17,437 nt of DNA from Oligoflexales bacterium (GTDB lineage: Bacteria > Bdellovibrionota_B > Oligoflexia > Oligoflexales > Bog-1112), in NCBI GenBank assembly GCA_045105515.1, contig JBGCDR010000096.1, positions 1 through 17,437 on the forward strand, written 5' to 3'. The position numbers and the translations under genes are program-made. The stretch's first letter is position 1. Every line of letters starts with the position of its first letter. The notes below the pieces were generated by a model. It worked only from the letters and a program-made list of their open reading frames with translations, did not search any database and was not told the origin of the DNA. Of this stretch, positions 17,363-17,437 are shown piece after piece.

Positions 17363-17437
17363 AATTAATTTTAAAAAATCTTCTTATTTTCCAGTGATAA
17401 GTGAAAAATACCATATTTTCGGCAATTAAATATCTTC
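17304..17437. mobile_element. Possible end of a second, unidentified insertion sequence
   Basis: Receptor similarity stops at CTAG (17301-17304), a common IS target, followed by TGTCTGGTCGGAAACT. No + frame continues the 7TM domain. Confidence 0.4.

Noticed and set aside
1..17437. Whole window as a composite transposon bounded by one IS
   Set aside because: The two junction sequences (AGAGTTGTCTAACAAT, reverse complement of the left end, versus AGTGTCTGGTCGGAAAC) do not match well, they interrupt two different genes, and the cargo includes housekeeping genes.
1..17437. CRISPR array, tRNA or rRNA genes
   Set aside because: No regularly spaced repeats or recognisable structural RNA sequence was seen in the intergenic regions.

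Overview
AT-rich bacterial window, possibly Oligoflexia/Bdellovibrionota-like (weak inference from gene repertoire only). Both ends look like insertion-sequence junctions: about 135 nt of an apparent IS5-family element cuts a sigma54 activator inside its Walker A motif on the left, and about 135 nt of foreign-looking sequence truncates a 7TM-DISM receptor gene on the right. Ordinary genes include a secreted lipase, a D-amino-acid aminotransferase, hemH, a PilZ protein, tesB, a Cys4 protein and a lipoprotein metzincin with a sigma54-like promoter. The main observation is a tightly coupled minus-strand operon (10062->3187): a 369-aa unknown protein (coiled coil plus two OB-like beta domains), a MotA-like subunit lacking the FliG-contact motif, a MotB-like subunit, and a 1439-aa Upf1-like SF1 helicase with a DUF4011-like region and a degenerate C-terminal restriction-endonuclease-like domain. 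This resembles Zorya in logic but matches none of Zorya types I-III, so it is a candidate undescribed motor-coupled helicase (possibly defence) system. All family calls come from motif recognition by eye; no database searches were run.
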